Source: Chara braunii (lineage: Eukaryota > Plantae > Charophyceae). Taken from it: a DNA stretch of 64,000 bases. Of this stretch, positions 12,920 through 26,289 are shown one piece after another. Location: contig BFEA01000019.1 of assembly GCA_003427395.1 (NCBI GenBank), forward strand, positions 23,983 through 87,982. Direction: 5' to 3'. Both the position numbers and the translations under genes were made by a program. The notes beneath the pieces are model-generated. The model did no database searches. It saw only the letters and a program-made list of their open reading frames with translations, and was not told the origin of the DNA. Numbering within the stretch: the stretch's first letter is position 1; every line of letters starts with the position of its first letter.

Positions 12920-15900
12920 GATGGCTCCGATCTTATATGTGGGAGTGGCACATGCTGCGAACTGGGGCCAGTGTCCCTGAAGTACAACAGCATATTACAT
13001 GGTTACCTACGACCCCATCAGCCCCATTCTTGGTCCCTTCCCTGCTGCAAGAATGCTCCATCTATTGGTGGGGAGCTACACCTGCTGGAAACGGGGTCCA
13101 ACGTCCCTGTATAACAAGATCATCCACAAGAATAGTGGGACAACAATACGCTTCAGGGCGTCGTCGCCTCAATTTGCACCAGACCGCCACTGCATCTTCA
13201 GTCTGCGCCAGACCGCTAGATCCCTCATGTTTCCCTAACGGCTACTTCCTCCTTCCTCTTACCCGCCAATACCTTCCGTGTCCTGTTTGTTGACCCGATT
13301 CTTCCTTGCTCCGTTGCATTGTGGTCTTGTTCACTCTGTTCTGTACCATTGCATATCGACCATTGTCAGCTGGTGCGGTGGGAAGGGGTCGGGAAATTTT
13401 GTGGATGGTCGCAGCGGGATCCCCTGGCCCATCGTAGTCCAGTCTCTGAAGCAAATAGAGTACTCTCTCCTGAATTCCTCCTGGTTACACTTCTGGCCAG
13501 ACCTGCCTTCCAATTGGACAGATGCGATCCAGCCCCAGTCCTCACTGCCTAACCATTCCCTAGAGAATTGTTGAATTGCTCGTGTTATGTCCTTTGATGA
13601 ATGAAATAACTCTAGTTGGTTTTTAACTTTTTGCCACTGTACCATGAGCTCGTGTTGAATATATTGTTTTATCATGTCGTTTGCTTCTTCCCCCGCTATG
13701 CGGACTCCCTCGATAGCATGGATACATCGTTTTTTCCAGACAGTCTGCATGACCCCTCTCCTTCCTAATTTAAACATCTTGTTTTCAAAAGTACCGTTAG
13801 TGGGGGAGGTCGATGCCTTGCATAATATAGCTCTCCAATCCCATGGCCAGTTGGAACCAGTGCCAAGCAGTGTCCGGATCCTATCCCACCATTTCCATGT
13901 AAGGACAGCCCTCGGACACTGCATAAATATATGCTCTATGGTTTCCGGAATTTTGTGGGAGAGGAAGACGGTGTGGCACAATTTACACCATGGCAGCACC
14001 TGCCCCTTCTGCTTTACATATGTACAATCTATGAGCCAGTCGTTGGTGGCCAGGCAATGATATTCTATTTGCCACTGCAGCGAGGTCATCTTTGTTGGCC
14101 TAGACCTTATGGCGGTGAACCATCGGATGGGGCAGATTGCCACCTCAGCTCCTACATTGGCGGTGAACCATTGGATGGGGCAGATTGCCGCCTCAACTCC
14201 TACGTTCAAATGAGACCTCCATCGAGCCTTCACCATTTCTTTTATGTTCACCTTTGGTCGCAGCACATGGTAAGTCGCCTTCACCGTTAAGGCGTACAAC
14301 TTTACATTTTCCCCTGACCTGTGTTTTCGCATAGGGACCCACTGTCATTCCTCAAGGTCAAAGGGGAGCTTTGCCACAGGGGTGTTTGGATGATATGTGA
14401 TCCACACGTCTTTGTCCCGCAGCACATGAATCATGTGCAGTTTCGCATTTCTTCACCATCTCATCATCTCTGGGGTGTACCAGGTGATCACATTATCGTT
14501 GCCTATGTGGAAGAGGTTGGCTAGCGTTTCGTCCGATCGTCTCCACCACATTGCCTACACTTTTTGGATCACCCGAGACCGCTACCAAGTCTCCTTCTAC
14601 CAGGCGCGGCCTTTTGCACAAGATGCGCACCCAGTCTAGGGTGATAGCAAAAATCAACGATTCAATATGGTCCTCAACATTGTGACAATACTTTACTATA
14701 GTCCTTAGTTGCTGTGCAGTTTTTCAGTCTCCTTCCCCTATATCTCATATATCATTTATTCTGGTTATACATTTTTTGACCCAGTTGTTCCACAGGGTGC
14801 TTGAGCTGCGATACACCCTGCTGTACCGGTCCGTAATCCTCCTGTTCCCAAAAAGTGGTTGACGAATCACCTCTTCCCACCAGGTCGGTGGAGGTTTGTC
14901 AGGCAGCAGAAGTTGGCGCCAAACTTTCAAAACACGGGCCCAAAAGTCATCCCTGACCAGATCCGAGCGGATTGTGTATCGGCACGAAACTCGACCGTTT
15001 CGGGTGGACCATGATACATTCCAGAAAAGGTCTTCCAACCAGGTTAATGGGTTAACTCCCTGCGGTGCCTGTGGGGCAAGTCTAGCTATCTATTATAGCG
15101 CAAGGGTTTGCCACGGGAGACGGTGAGTGAAGAGCAGTCTCCTAATCCATTGGACCGTTAATGTTGTGATCTCGGTATTCGGGTCTAGGATCCTCAGACC
15201 CCCTTTGTCTTTGGGATGGATCACCGATGACTAGGCCACCCTGCTAATAACATTCAGGAGCTAGTCGTTGCTTCTCCATAGCAGGGTCGTTAATTGCCAC
15301 TTTAGTAATCAGACACCCTCCTTGCTGAGGGCCTAAAATGCAGATTTGTACCAAAGGGGCACAAGTACTACGCTTTTGATTGCCAACACCCTGCCAATGA
15401 GGGAGGTGTGTTGGCCTTTCCAGTGGGCCAGCTTCTCTAAAGCGGGCTTCAAGATGCAGTCATCATTCGATACAGGCTTGCCTACTGAGGCTACTATCGT
15501 TAACGTGATTCCTAACACTCTGACCGGGGCTGTTTTCGGGAGCCACTTGACCCGTGGCAGCTCGGGGGGGCGCGCCCCTTGATGGTGGATCCACCACCCC
15601 AGGGTTTTATTTCGCCAGTTGATGGCCATGTCTGAGACCGCAGTGAACTCGTCAAATAATCGCCCGATCTCTTCCATGTTTGTTGTGGTTGCATCGACCA
15701 TAAGTGTCAGGTCGTCCACAAACATCGAACAGATAAGGATCACATCTTTTGGAATGGCCGAGATCCGCAACTTTCTTAGGTCTTTGTTGGCGCAGAAGTT
15801 TGTTGTGAGCTCTTCCATCACAATTATGAACAGGAAGGGCGCCAAGGGGTCCCCTTGGCGAACCAACCGTTGCAGTAGAAAAGTTGGCGCTATACTTCCA

Positions 15901-17930
15901 TTGACTTGGACACACGTGGTGGCATTGTGATGTGGTATTTCGGTCCAACGCAGGAAAACTTACCCGATGTTCATTTTTTCCATACATTTGTCTACGAATA
16001 GCTAGTCCATGTGGCCGTAGGCATTTTTCCAAATCAATGAAGACCACGAACGCATTCTGTTTATCTTACCTCGTTAGTTTAAGGAGTTCATTAACTAGTA
16101 GGACGTTATCCTGAATCGTGCGCCCTTTTACAAACCCCGTTTGCGTCGGATGGATAATATCGTTCAAAACCGGGATCAGTCTTTTCTCTTTTTTTTTTTC
16201 TTTTTTTTTCTTTTTTTCTTCATTTTTCTCCTTTCTCTCTTTCCTTTTGTTCTGCTTTTCTCCTCTTCCCTCTCCCTCCTCTTCCCTGGTCCTCCAAGTA
16301 CCCACCTATCCCCTCCCCACAACATTCACACACCCTTGAGACGGAGTATTCCAGTCTCCGGTGCTCCTCCGAAGACTGAACACCACTCTTGCAGCCAATG
16401 TTGCCTACAACGCTGAAAGTATAGGACGGTCTATTAGAAAGATTGGTGGCACAATTAACCCCCCAGCCACTGGGACAATCAATGCTGGGGGGAAGGTTCT
16501 CTGTTTAAAAAACCTGCATAACCAATCCTCTGATCACCAGAGCAATCAACACTGGCATGTCCTTTCCCAACCTTTCTCAACCCTTTGTCCTGGTATTTGC
16601 TTGTCTTTTTTCTGTATAAGGGACGCGGGTGTAAGTATTCACCGGCAGGGGGAGGGAGGAACTAGTGTGGAGCAGTAGGGATCAGGTGCCGCTTTCAGGG
16701 CGAAGAGGTTCCCCCCTCTCTCCAATAGCCTGCTCAATCAATCCCCTGGATCCCAGGACAATCAATGCTGACAGGAACCTCCCACAATCCTGTTTGACAT
16801 ACTCCAAATTCAATTTGTATATGGGACGTTGGACCCGTTTTCCAGCAGGTGATTCTTCCCACCAATAGATGGAGCCTCTCCCCAGGTGCTAGTGGTGTCT
16901 GCTCTTATCAGCACCACTAACACTGGCGGGGACGTTCATTAAAAAAAAAAAAAAAAAAGAGTATGTTTGTCGGGGCCTCGCTAGCATTTTATACACGAAT
17001 GTAAGCAAGGTTATTGCCCGATAGTTCCGAATATCCATCTTGTCTCTTTTTTTGGTGCGACAAGGTGAGAACGCCTTGCCCCACCAACTCCCTCATCCAC
17101 CTTGTTTCCCACAGTTGCCGATAGAACTCCATGAGGTCCAGGGCCATCTGAGTTATAAGGTCTCCCATAATTCCTTTAGAAATCCATCAATGCCCGACGT
17201 CTTCTCTTCCTCCTTAGACAGGGGGCGATCCATATCTGTTTTCTGTTGTCCTGTCAGGATCTTGTCCAATGGTTTCAAGAAGTCCCCAATGTTTTTCTCC
17301 CCGATGTTCCTCTCCTGTTGGCTGCACTTTTGTTGTCTGTGTGCAATAGGGGGCGGAGGTGATGATATTTTGGTGTCCAGTTTGCGGATCGTATAGCGCT
17401 TCGATAGTTGCCGTACACGGGTCATTCTAAAGAATATTTTGTCCATTGTTCCTTCTGTTTAATGCCTTGTCGGTCGTCCTCTTATCTGTGCACCTTCTCA
17501 ATGTTGTGTGGCGAAGGTATGAAGTCGTTGTCGCAATGTTTGTATCTCTGAATGTTCTGCTGGATGTGGATGTTGGACACTGTCAGACTGATCCACGTGT
17601 TCAAGTTGCTGCAATTGTTGGTGTATTTCCATCTTCTGCTGATACATCCTGACTGCCAAAAGTTTGAAATATTCTTGGCATTTTTTATCTAGGTAGAACA
17701 GTCCGTTATTAAACCAGTCTATTTCGTGCTGAAAGTGTTGCTTTTGCATGTGCCAGTACGTCCAACAATCCGTAATGGAACTCTGAAAGGTTTTCTGCTG
17801 CAAAGTAAAGGTATTAAGTTTGTAAAAACCAGGTCCACAATCGGGTTTCTTACGGGAGGACAGAATGACTATGCACATTTTGTGATCAAGGTCTGAATAG
17901 GCGTTAGCGGGCAGGATTGCTGTCAGAAGT
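12920..17930 (-). mobile_element. Decayed LINE (end of endonuclease, RT, C-terminus, 3' tail), interrupted at 16183-16958
   Basis: RQGDPLAPFLF and MFVDDL (15333-15866); WCKLC...ETIEHIFMQC (13331-14332); LDHK...GPGFYKLN (17498-18076); tail pseudoknots at 13055-13107 and 12923-12977. Confidence 0.9.
16183..16958 (+). mobile_element. LINE-3'UTR-derived retrocopy inserted into RT of the minus-strand LINE
   Basis: Three CAATCAA internal-loop hairpins (~16455, ~16515, ~16730), pseudoknot module 16823-16875, terminal hairpin, poly(A) 16940-16958. Host RT reads VYKML on one side and RLIPVL on the other. Confidence 0.8.
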
Positions 17931-18419
17931 AGAGATCCCCCCATGCATTTGAGATCAAGGTTAAGTTGATCCGAGATCTCGACTGGCTTTCGGTTCCAGT
18001 CTTCTTTAAACATGAGTAGAACATTGTATCTGAGTTTAGCCTTCGGAAGGAATCGAAGACATTTAGTGAAAGACATAGCTTGCCTACTTTAGGGCACCCA
18101 ACCAGTCTGGGCTTTTGGGGAACAAAGATATCTGAAAAGGATAGACTTCGATGGAGTGCATGTAGAGAGCAGGGTAGCTATGTCTGCAGCAGACTGTCTT
18201 CTACTTCAAAGTTCTGCCTGCATTTTCTACGTTGTAAACGAGCAAAGGAAGAAGCCAGACATGCAGCGCATCACGTGCGCGCTAGTTGTGCACGTGTGGC
18301 GCATAGCGCACGCGATGAGGTGCAAGTACGGAAATAAGCTCAGTTAAAAATTTCAAAAAGGGAAGACCGTGGTAACCAAAGGTGCCCCTTAGTTTTGAAA
18401 ATTGTAAGTGCAGTGTGCA

Positions 18420-21258
18420 CAAAAAAAATAAATTGGACCCACATCGTTCTCCTGGTTGGATCCAGTCTCTTTTCCAAAGGGCCCCCAGCAAAGAATCAGC
18501 AAGAGACTCATTTCTTTGGAGAGACGTTCATTGAAATTCTGGTGGGGCACGAGCAGGCCAAAAAGAGGAAATCTGGAACGCCCTCCTGCAGATGGAGGAA
18601 GACAAAACCCCAGGGGTGGATGAGTTCCCCAAAGAATTCTGGGAGGAAATGTGGTCCCCCATGTCAGAAGCATTAAAGGCCTCAGGATATGGGGGACCTA
18701 GCAGGTCAATGAATCCTCACTTCATTGTACAAAAAAAGGGATAAAATGAACATTAAGAACTATAGACCGATCATCCTCCTCACGGTGGTATACAAATTGT
18801 TGTTTAAGGCAATGACCAATAGGATAATACCGGTATTGGAGGAGATAATCCACCCCGCACAAATGGGGTTTATGCGTAACAAGAATATCCAAGACAACGT
18901 GTTACTAGTCAATGAATTGATCAAGTTATCGAGGCAGTCGCACCAAAACGCGGCCATAGTGTTCATTGATTTAAAAAAAGTCTACGACCACGTAGACTGG
19001 ACAATTGCTTGCACAAAATGAACTTCGGCCCGAAATTCAGGGACTGGATTATGATTCTCCACCAAAATGTGACTACACCAGTACAAAGTGAATGGTTTTT
19101 TTGCGCCATAAATTAAACTTCAACGCTCGGTGCGGCAGGGTGACCCGCTATCCCCCTTCCTCTTTCTTGTGGTGATGGACGCACTGACAACAAACTTGAG
19201 AGCCAATAAGAAAATCTCTAGGCTACGACTGTCAGACATTCCGGAGGAAGCCATACCGATATACTCAATGTTCGTAGACGACCTTACAATACTAGTCGAG
19301 GCCACCCAAAATAACATGGACAAAATCCAAGCCGTGATGGAACGGTTCACACCGGTGTCGGACATGTCTATAAACTGGGGAAGCAAAACGCAAGGCTGAT
19401 GGATCCACTTCCATGGAGTCCGCCCCCCAGAGCAGCCCAAAGTAGACTGGAGGCCTCTAGAATAACAAATCAGAGTCTTGGGGGTGGCTCTACCAGCCTA
19501 TGGACCACCAGCAGGAAATGACGAATGGAATACTAGGCCAGCGCTAGGAAAAATGCAGAAATGGAGAAACAAAAACACATCTATTTTTGGGAAGGCTTTA
19601 GTTATCAACAATGTAGTGTTGGCATCCAGCTGGTACAAAGCGGCCCTTTGGTAGTTGGGAAAGTGCAGCATCAAGAGCTTGAAGAAGCAACTGGTTGCAT
19701 TTCTCTAGCGAGGGAACCACGAGCAACAAAGCGTGATCAACAGGGTGGCATGAGACAAGCTTATTCAACCCAAAACCAGAGGAGGTCTCAGACTGTTGGA
19801 TCCCTCCCTACAAGCCGCCGCTTTATCAATCCAATGGATCAAAAAACTGATTGTAGGAATTAACATCCCATGGCGAGAGCTGGCATTGGAACAAATCCGC
19901 AGGCTGGCTCCCAGAACTATTGACACAGTAAACCCTCTCACATGGCTAGACAACCGATCCCCCGAGCCAACACGTGCTCACGAGAGGAGGGAGACAGAGG
20001 AGCGGCTCAACAAGACCTAGCGAGAGATAACTTTTAGTGCAACTTAATCAAGAATTGGCGGAGGCTACCGATCCCTGATAGACCCATTCCAGTACGGATG
20101 GAAGAGATCTTACGCCAAATTGTCAACCCTTGTTTGGTAACAGGGCAGTTATTGATAGACAAGGAAGGGTATATGGCAATTTCGACCCCCACAATAAAAC
20201 AGTATATCGAAACAGAAATAAGAATGCAATGGAAAAAAGTTCAGGATAAAATGACATTCCTATCTCAAAAAGCTGATATAACCAAGGAAATCCATAAATT
20301 TTATGCAGAATGGTTGGGGGCCGAAAGGGGGGGGCAGGATGGCCCAGGTAGACTGGCCAGGGGAAAGGTGGGACAAGGAGGAGCAAGAGGACTTCACCAA
20401 GGACTACATGCTCAGGTTCCACGACTGGCTCCAGGTCGACCCCAACATTCAGATGAAGCACCCCGAAGAATTTCCAGATATGTTTCCCCCCGCTGCCACG
20501 ACAATCGTCGAAAGGCAATGGTATGGGTATCAGTAAGGGGAACAGCAAGATGGTCGGTCTGTTGGGCATCTGCACTTAGCTGATTATATAGGCAATAGTC
20601 ACTGCAAAGATTGCAGGTATCATTGGCACATAGAGGAAGGTAACAGTCACACATATGTACGCAAAGTCTGTCAATGAAGGTGGAACTAGTGAGTACGGCA
20701 ACTAACTGGCAGCGGGTCCAGGGTGAAGTGGTTTCTGCCCCTCCAAACTCAGAACGAAAGGCAGACCGTACTGCACACAGGGGAGGCAGGCTCCAGGGTT
20801 GTGGTAACAGAGGTAACTGGGACTGCACACAATCACTGACTGATAAAACACGGAGTGAACAGAGGGCCTGCTGAGGTCTCAAGGGTTTTTAAGGGTTTAA
20901 AGGGTTAGTCGCAGCAAAAATCAAACAGGGGGACTGCTGTAACAAGGCTGAGCAAAAATATAAGGGGAACTCCAATAAGGGGATGGGTGAGGTTAGCAGT
21001 TCCATGGGACAATGGAACCCCAGGATGATCAAGGAGCACAGCCTCAGGAAACCCACAGACATGCTCAGGCATTTTCAGACATTCTCAGTCATTATTCTCT
21101 CTGTAATATGGGACGCTGGACCCGTTTTCCGGCAGGTGATGCTCCCCACCAATAGATGGAGCCTCTCCCTAGGTGTTAGTGGTGTCTGCTCTTATCAGCA
21201 GCACTAACACTGGCGGGGGTGTTGTTAAAAAAAAAAAGAAAAAAAAAAAAGAAAAAAA
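18420..21258 (+). mobile_element. 5'-truncated, internally deleted LINE with poly(A)
   Basis: NYRPIILL, DLKKVYD, RQGDPLSPFLF, MFVDDL, FPDMFPP; tail motif 21110-21215 then A-tract. Confidence 0.9.
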
Positions 21259-21973
21259 NNNNNNNNNNNNNNNNNNNNNNNNNNNNNNNNNNNNNNNNNN
21301 NNNNNNNNNNNNNNNNNNNNNNNNNNNNNNNNNNNNNNNNNNNNNNNNNNNNNNNNNNNNNNNNNNNNNNNNNNNNNNNNNNNNNNNNNNNNNNNNNNNN
21401 NNNNNNNNNNNNNNNNNNNNNNNNNNNNNNNNNNNNNNNNNNNNNNNNNNNNNNNNNNNNNNNNNNNNNNNNNNNNNNNNNNNNNNNNNNNNNNNNNNNN
21501 NNNNNNNNNNNNNNNNNNNNNNNNNNNNNNNNNNNNNNNNNNNNNNNNNNNNNNNNNNNNNNNNNNNNNNNNNNNNNNNNNNNNNNNNNNNNNNNNNNNN
21601 NNNNNNNNNNNNNNNNNNNNNNNNNNNNNNNNNNNNNNNNNNNNNNNNNNNNNNNNNNNNNNNNNNNNNNNNNNNNNNNNNNNNNNNNNNNNNNNNNNNN
21701 NNNNNNNNNNNNNNNNNNNNNNNNNNNNNNNNNNNNNNNNNNNNNNNNNNNNNNNNNNNNNNNNNNNNNNNNNNNNNNNNNNNNNNNNNNNNNNNNNNNN
21801 NNNNNNNNNNNNNNNNNNNNNNNNNNNNNNNNNNNNNNNNNNNNNNNNNNNNNNNNNNNNNNNNNNNNNNNNNNNNNNNNNNNNNNNNNNNNNNNNNNNN
21901 NNNNNNNNNNNNNNNNNNNNNNNNNNNNNNNNNNNNNNNNNNNNNNNNNNNNNNNNNNNNNNNNNNNNNNNNN
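21259..21973. other. Assembly gap (others at 33619-33871, 39711-39990, 50543-50697, 62112-62821)
   Basis: N runs. Confidence 1.
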
Positions 21974-24900
21974 TTTTTTCTTTTTTTTTTTGCGCATCAA
22001 CGATATCGATAATAATGAGCTTGAATTACCTGGGGCTGGTCACCTGTGGATATGTCTCAAGACTGTCACCTCTTTTTTTCTTATTTTTTCCCCTCGAAAC
22101 TTTGGTGGAGGGTGCCGCTTGAGGTAGTGATAAGAGGATCTACCTCAAGCAGGCCCATCCATGAAGGATCCATATTGGTGGGGAGCATCACCTGCTGGAG
22201 ACTGGGTCCAGCGTCCCAATCAGTACATAGATTTGATGATACATTGGAGCTCCCTCAGAGCATGTGCTACTTGTGCTACCTGTTTATTTCCCAACAAACT
22301 ACAGTCCTAAGCAGTCCCGCTCTTTTGCTGCATCTGCAGGGCAGCTTCATTGAGAATCCCCAGCCCCTGTTCTGGGGGGTTCCACCTTCGTTTCACTCCT
22401 CCTGGGGACGCTGCTTTGTTGGTGACTGGCTACAAAGTTACTGTTGTTGAGTTGCTGAGTTGTTGTTGTTGTTGACGAGTGTTGCTGGTGTTCGTTACAC
22501 TTGAGCCTGCTGGCCGCTGGCTGGGCAGGGTCCCAGGTGGGGGAGTGGCGGGGCAGGGTGGGGAGAGCGGGAGAGGAGGCGGTTGGGGGAGGAGGGGGAG
22601 ACGCCGTGAAAGGCGGAGAGCCGGCTGGGAGCGGGGTTGGCAGGGGGGGTGTGGATGGTGGGGGACCCGCGGGGATCTGGAGGGGCAGTGAGGGGGCGGG
22701 GAGGGAGGGGGGGTAAGGCGGTAGGGGGGGTCTGACTTCAGGGGGTTGCTCGTGTCCTCTGGAGTCCAGTTGCACCTCATCCATTGGCCCGTTAGTCTGT
22801 CCTGGGATAGGTGCGGGGAAGCAGTCGGTCAAACTCGGTCTGTCTGTATACCCACTGATAGTCCCGTGCACAGTTTCCATCCACTTCGGAATCCTCGATT
22901 TTGTGGTCTGCCTCTATCCGTGTTTGCGTAAAGTCTGAGATTGCTATCTGCCTGCCCTCCCGGTGAAGGGTCACAACTACCACTTCCAACAGCTTCCTGC
23001 TGGCTGTCAGTATGTTCGCTCAGATGACCTCCAGTAGTTTGACTTTGGCTCAGTGAAGTCAAAGGCCGCATCTTGTGTTCCGCTGAGCACCTCACTCTCC
23101 ATATGGCCATGAGGAGGGCTAACCTCATATGTTGAAAGAGTTTAGCCTGGAAGGGCAACCAAGCCGCTGGGAAGTTTTTGCGCTTGCCCAGCAAGATAAG
23201 CATGGTATTCCATTGGAATGGTGGGGCAGTGAGTTCATGCCACATCACGTCCCACCATTGCCATATTTGCAGTGCCATTGGGCAGGCCAGCAGGCAGTGT
23301 TTGCGTCCCACCATTGCCATATTTGCAGTGCCATTGGGCAGGCCAGTAGGCAGTGTTCCAGATCAATCTGTCAAGTTGAACACGGTACCCCATTTCCACA
23401 GTGGGAGCAGATTGGCAATAGTGCCCCTGTTTTTTGTAGATTAGTGCGCGAGGTTATCCAGTCGGGTGCTGGGAGACAGCGATGCACAATCTGCGAGTTC
23501 AGAGCCTTGTGAGATGTGGGCATTATATTATGTGTGCATAAGTGGACCAAGGGATACAGTGCAGGACTTGCTCTGTCAGTGCTGAGTCCCTTTTCCACCT
23601 AGACTGTACCACCTCTTGGACTCATGGGTCGTATGCGCCTGCTTGTACCCTGCGTAGCACGGCGAACGTGTTCGCACCCCTTCCTCGTCCGCGCGAACGG
23701 CTCGCGAACGTGTTCGAGCAAGCATAATTGTTTTTTTCATGATTTTTAACTCACGTTTGACTAAGAATTTGAACATGACTCCAAGGCAAAAGTTGCTTGG
23801 ATTGTTGTTTTACATGAGATCTATAGTTTTCAGATTTTTCTGAGTTTTTTTTCCTTTTTTAATTTTGATAATGTTTGCGTTCGGAGGGTTTTGGGCGCTC
23901 GTTCGTGTTCGGGCAAACATGTTTGTTTTCGCCTCTGAATGCAAACACAATGCTACACAGCTTGTACCCTTCTCGCACAAGTACTGCCAGACTGGTATGG
24001 GTTCTCGGCCTTTCCACTCCCCCATTCTTGTGGGTCAAATGGGTGCGCGCACGACGTGGTAGGCATTTCGTAGTCGAAGTAAACAGTGTCCTCTGTACCC
24101 GCCACCCTCACTCTGGACAGTCCTTCCACTGGGGGCACACAAATGGAGTTTGGATCCCTCTTTAGGGTGGCCCAGCTCAACCTTGGTACATTCGGTTTGT
24201 ATGCCTGTAGCTGCACCCCTTGTACGGTGGTGTGGCCCACCCTAAATTCAGTCATGGGGACAGGTTTAGGGCAACTTTGGATGACCTTGTCTTGGGTTTG
24301 AATCTTCGGTCCCTCCTGCAGTGCATGCAGCCCCCCACTGCAGCGGGAGTGCACGACGGATGGGGTCCAGTTTTTCCTGGCTTCTCCTTATGTATTTCAT
24401 TTTCGGTTGCAGCTACTGGGCAGACTTCCACATACCACTGTGGCTGTCCTAGAGGTCTCCCACCACAAAGACGCCGTTCTTCACCCATGTGAGCCAGTGG
24501 GAAATGGCTGCTAAGGACAGCGGCTCCCCAGTTTCATCACATATGTCCGGGTCCCCGAACAGCGGTTGCCTCCATTATATCTCTTGCCGTCTTAGTGGGG
24601 GGCACTTCTTGGTTGGCCCCATCTGCCTCCACAGGTGCAGCACCGTGGTCCACAGTGGGTGACAGCACCGTGGTCCACAGTCGGTGACCGTCATGTTTGA
24701 GGTCCCATCGTACCCTGTTGCGGGTTGTGCCATCCCTCCTGCGGTGCGGGGGGGCCGGCACTGATCAGGCAGTATTTGTCAACCATGTTAGAGGTTGAAC
24801 CGGGGTATGCGGGTGGGAGGGAGGGGCCAGGCTTGATAGCTGTACGTAAGCCAGCTGCAGCCATGGAACGTCATTCGCAAGCAACGGTTGGATGAGACTT

Positions 24901-25270
24901 TGACGATAAAGTCCCGGGTCCAGGATAACCAGCCCTCCCACTTTCTTTGGCTGGGCCACGTATTTCCATGCCACCCTCTTTAAACATCCGGTCAACTTAT
25001 GATCGTTTCTCCACAAATAGTCAGGCTGACAGCGCTGCCCACAGAAGTGAGAGTTGCTTTTTGGGGATCTCCCGACATGATGTTTTGTACCAGATGCCAG
25101 CGCCTTACCTACCAACGATGTGTGAAGGCCATCACTGCCGAACGAGAGTGGGAGAAGAAGGTTGGATATCAAGCGTCCTACTAGTGAGGGGGCCAGCTGG
25201 TAGGATGGTAATAGGGTACAGCAGCAGCAGAGATGGTGGCTCTGTTGCAGCAAGACTTGCCGGAGTGAGG
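21974..25270 (-). mobile_element. LINE 3' portion (post-RT region, zinc finger, 3'UTR, poly(A))
   Basis: RVAWKYVAQPKKVGGLVILDP; CSHC...HCLLAC; tail motif 22167-22218; poly(T) 21974-21991. Confidence 0.85.
23650..23960. mobile_element. MITE inserted in LINE ORF2
   Basis: TIR CTGCGTAGCA / TGCTACACAG; TSD CTTGTACC at 23642-23649 and 23961-23968 (extendable to 10 bp GCTTGTACCC); internal GCGAACGTGTTCG palindromic repeats. Confidence 0.85.
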
Positions 25271-25399
25271 TAAAGAGGATGGAGGGGAGTCTGAGTCTTT
25301 TCCTGACTTTTTGCCTATTTTCGGTAGCTTGCTTGTATCTCTTGATCTAGCTCTTAGCCAAAGCCGGGTAGTGGCCCCGGTACTGCGAACTCTCAATTT

Positions 25400-25560
25400 T
25401 TTTCAAAATCCTATGTAATTTTCTATATGGGACGCTGGGCCCGGTTCCCAGCACGTGCTGCTCCCCACGAATAGATTGGAGCTTGGACCCGCTTTCCAGC
25501 AGGTGCTGCTCCCCACCAATAGACCGGAGCACCCGTTCTCTTGCTAGGGGGGGGGTGCTC
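25400..25560 (+). repeat. LINE tail fragment with tandem duplicated pseudoknot module
   Basis: gggacgctgggcccggttcccagcacgtg...ggagc followed by ttggacccgctttccagcaggtg...ggagc. Confidence 0.75.
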
Positions 25561-25950
25561 TTTTTTTTTTTTTCGTTTTTTTTTTTTTTTAGAAGGGCCC
25601 AGTGCCCAAGGCTCCAATTATGAGTTTGATTACAACACTTAACCCCACGCCTCTTCCCATTAGGGCTGGAAGAGCCTCAGCCACTGCTCCCCTGGCGACA
25701 GCTTCCCTGCATAACACGAATATAGTAAAATCTTGGGGCATTGATTGCTTCCCCAGTAAGGATTAACCCCGATGTGTAGTGAATCAAACTCTGCCCTACT
25801 CGACTCCTCAATTATCCACTACAATCTTCTGCACAGTGAGGAGTAGGGGAGATACAAATAAGGCAAAGAGATTAATAACAGGGCAAGCCATTATAGTAGT
25901 TTATTGATAGTTACGATGAGCTTCCCCCCATGATCCTAATTAGCCACTAA
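25561..25950 (-). mobile_element. SINE-like retroelement, family B copy 1
   Basis: Poly(T) 25561-25590; high similarity along its length to 44023-44399. Confidence 0.8.
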
Positions 25951-25984
25951 CCATACAAGTGGGGAAGGCTCTATTGCAGAAAAT

Positions 25985-26287
25985 TCAAAACGAAATACCC
26001 ACGTGTCAGGAAAGGCATCAATCACATACGCAACCCTGGTGCCTAACCCCACTGCACCTCCTGCCTTGCCACGTGGTGGAAACCTATGTTTATAGCAAGA
26101 GGGTATGAGAACCTGATGAATCGAAAACGTGCTTGAGTGAGAAAAGTTGAAAAAGGTCAAATCGCAATACCCACGTGGCAGGGCTCAAAACAATCACACA
26201 AACAGCTCCGGTGTTGCCGATCCTCCCGACACTACCTGCCCGCCACGTGGCCAAAAGTGCGCTCGAGTGGGAAAAATTGAAAAAGCG
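25985..26287. repeat. Diverged tandem duplication with CACGTG motifs
   Basis: aatacccacgtg...gccacgtgg...gagtg(a/g)gaaaa(g/a)ttgaaaaag occurs twice. Confidence 0.55.
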
Positions 26288-26289
26288 AG

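Noticed and set aside
14105-14195. Short local duplications in LINE ORF2 (also ~23254-23352, ~24640-24682, ~42747-42848)
   Set aside because: Ordinary post-insertion slippage in dead copies.
21173-22127. Long ORFs spanning N runs (also near 33.5-34.1k, 39.4-40.2k, 61.7-62.9k)
   Set aside because: Open only because of gaps.
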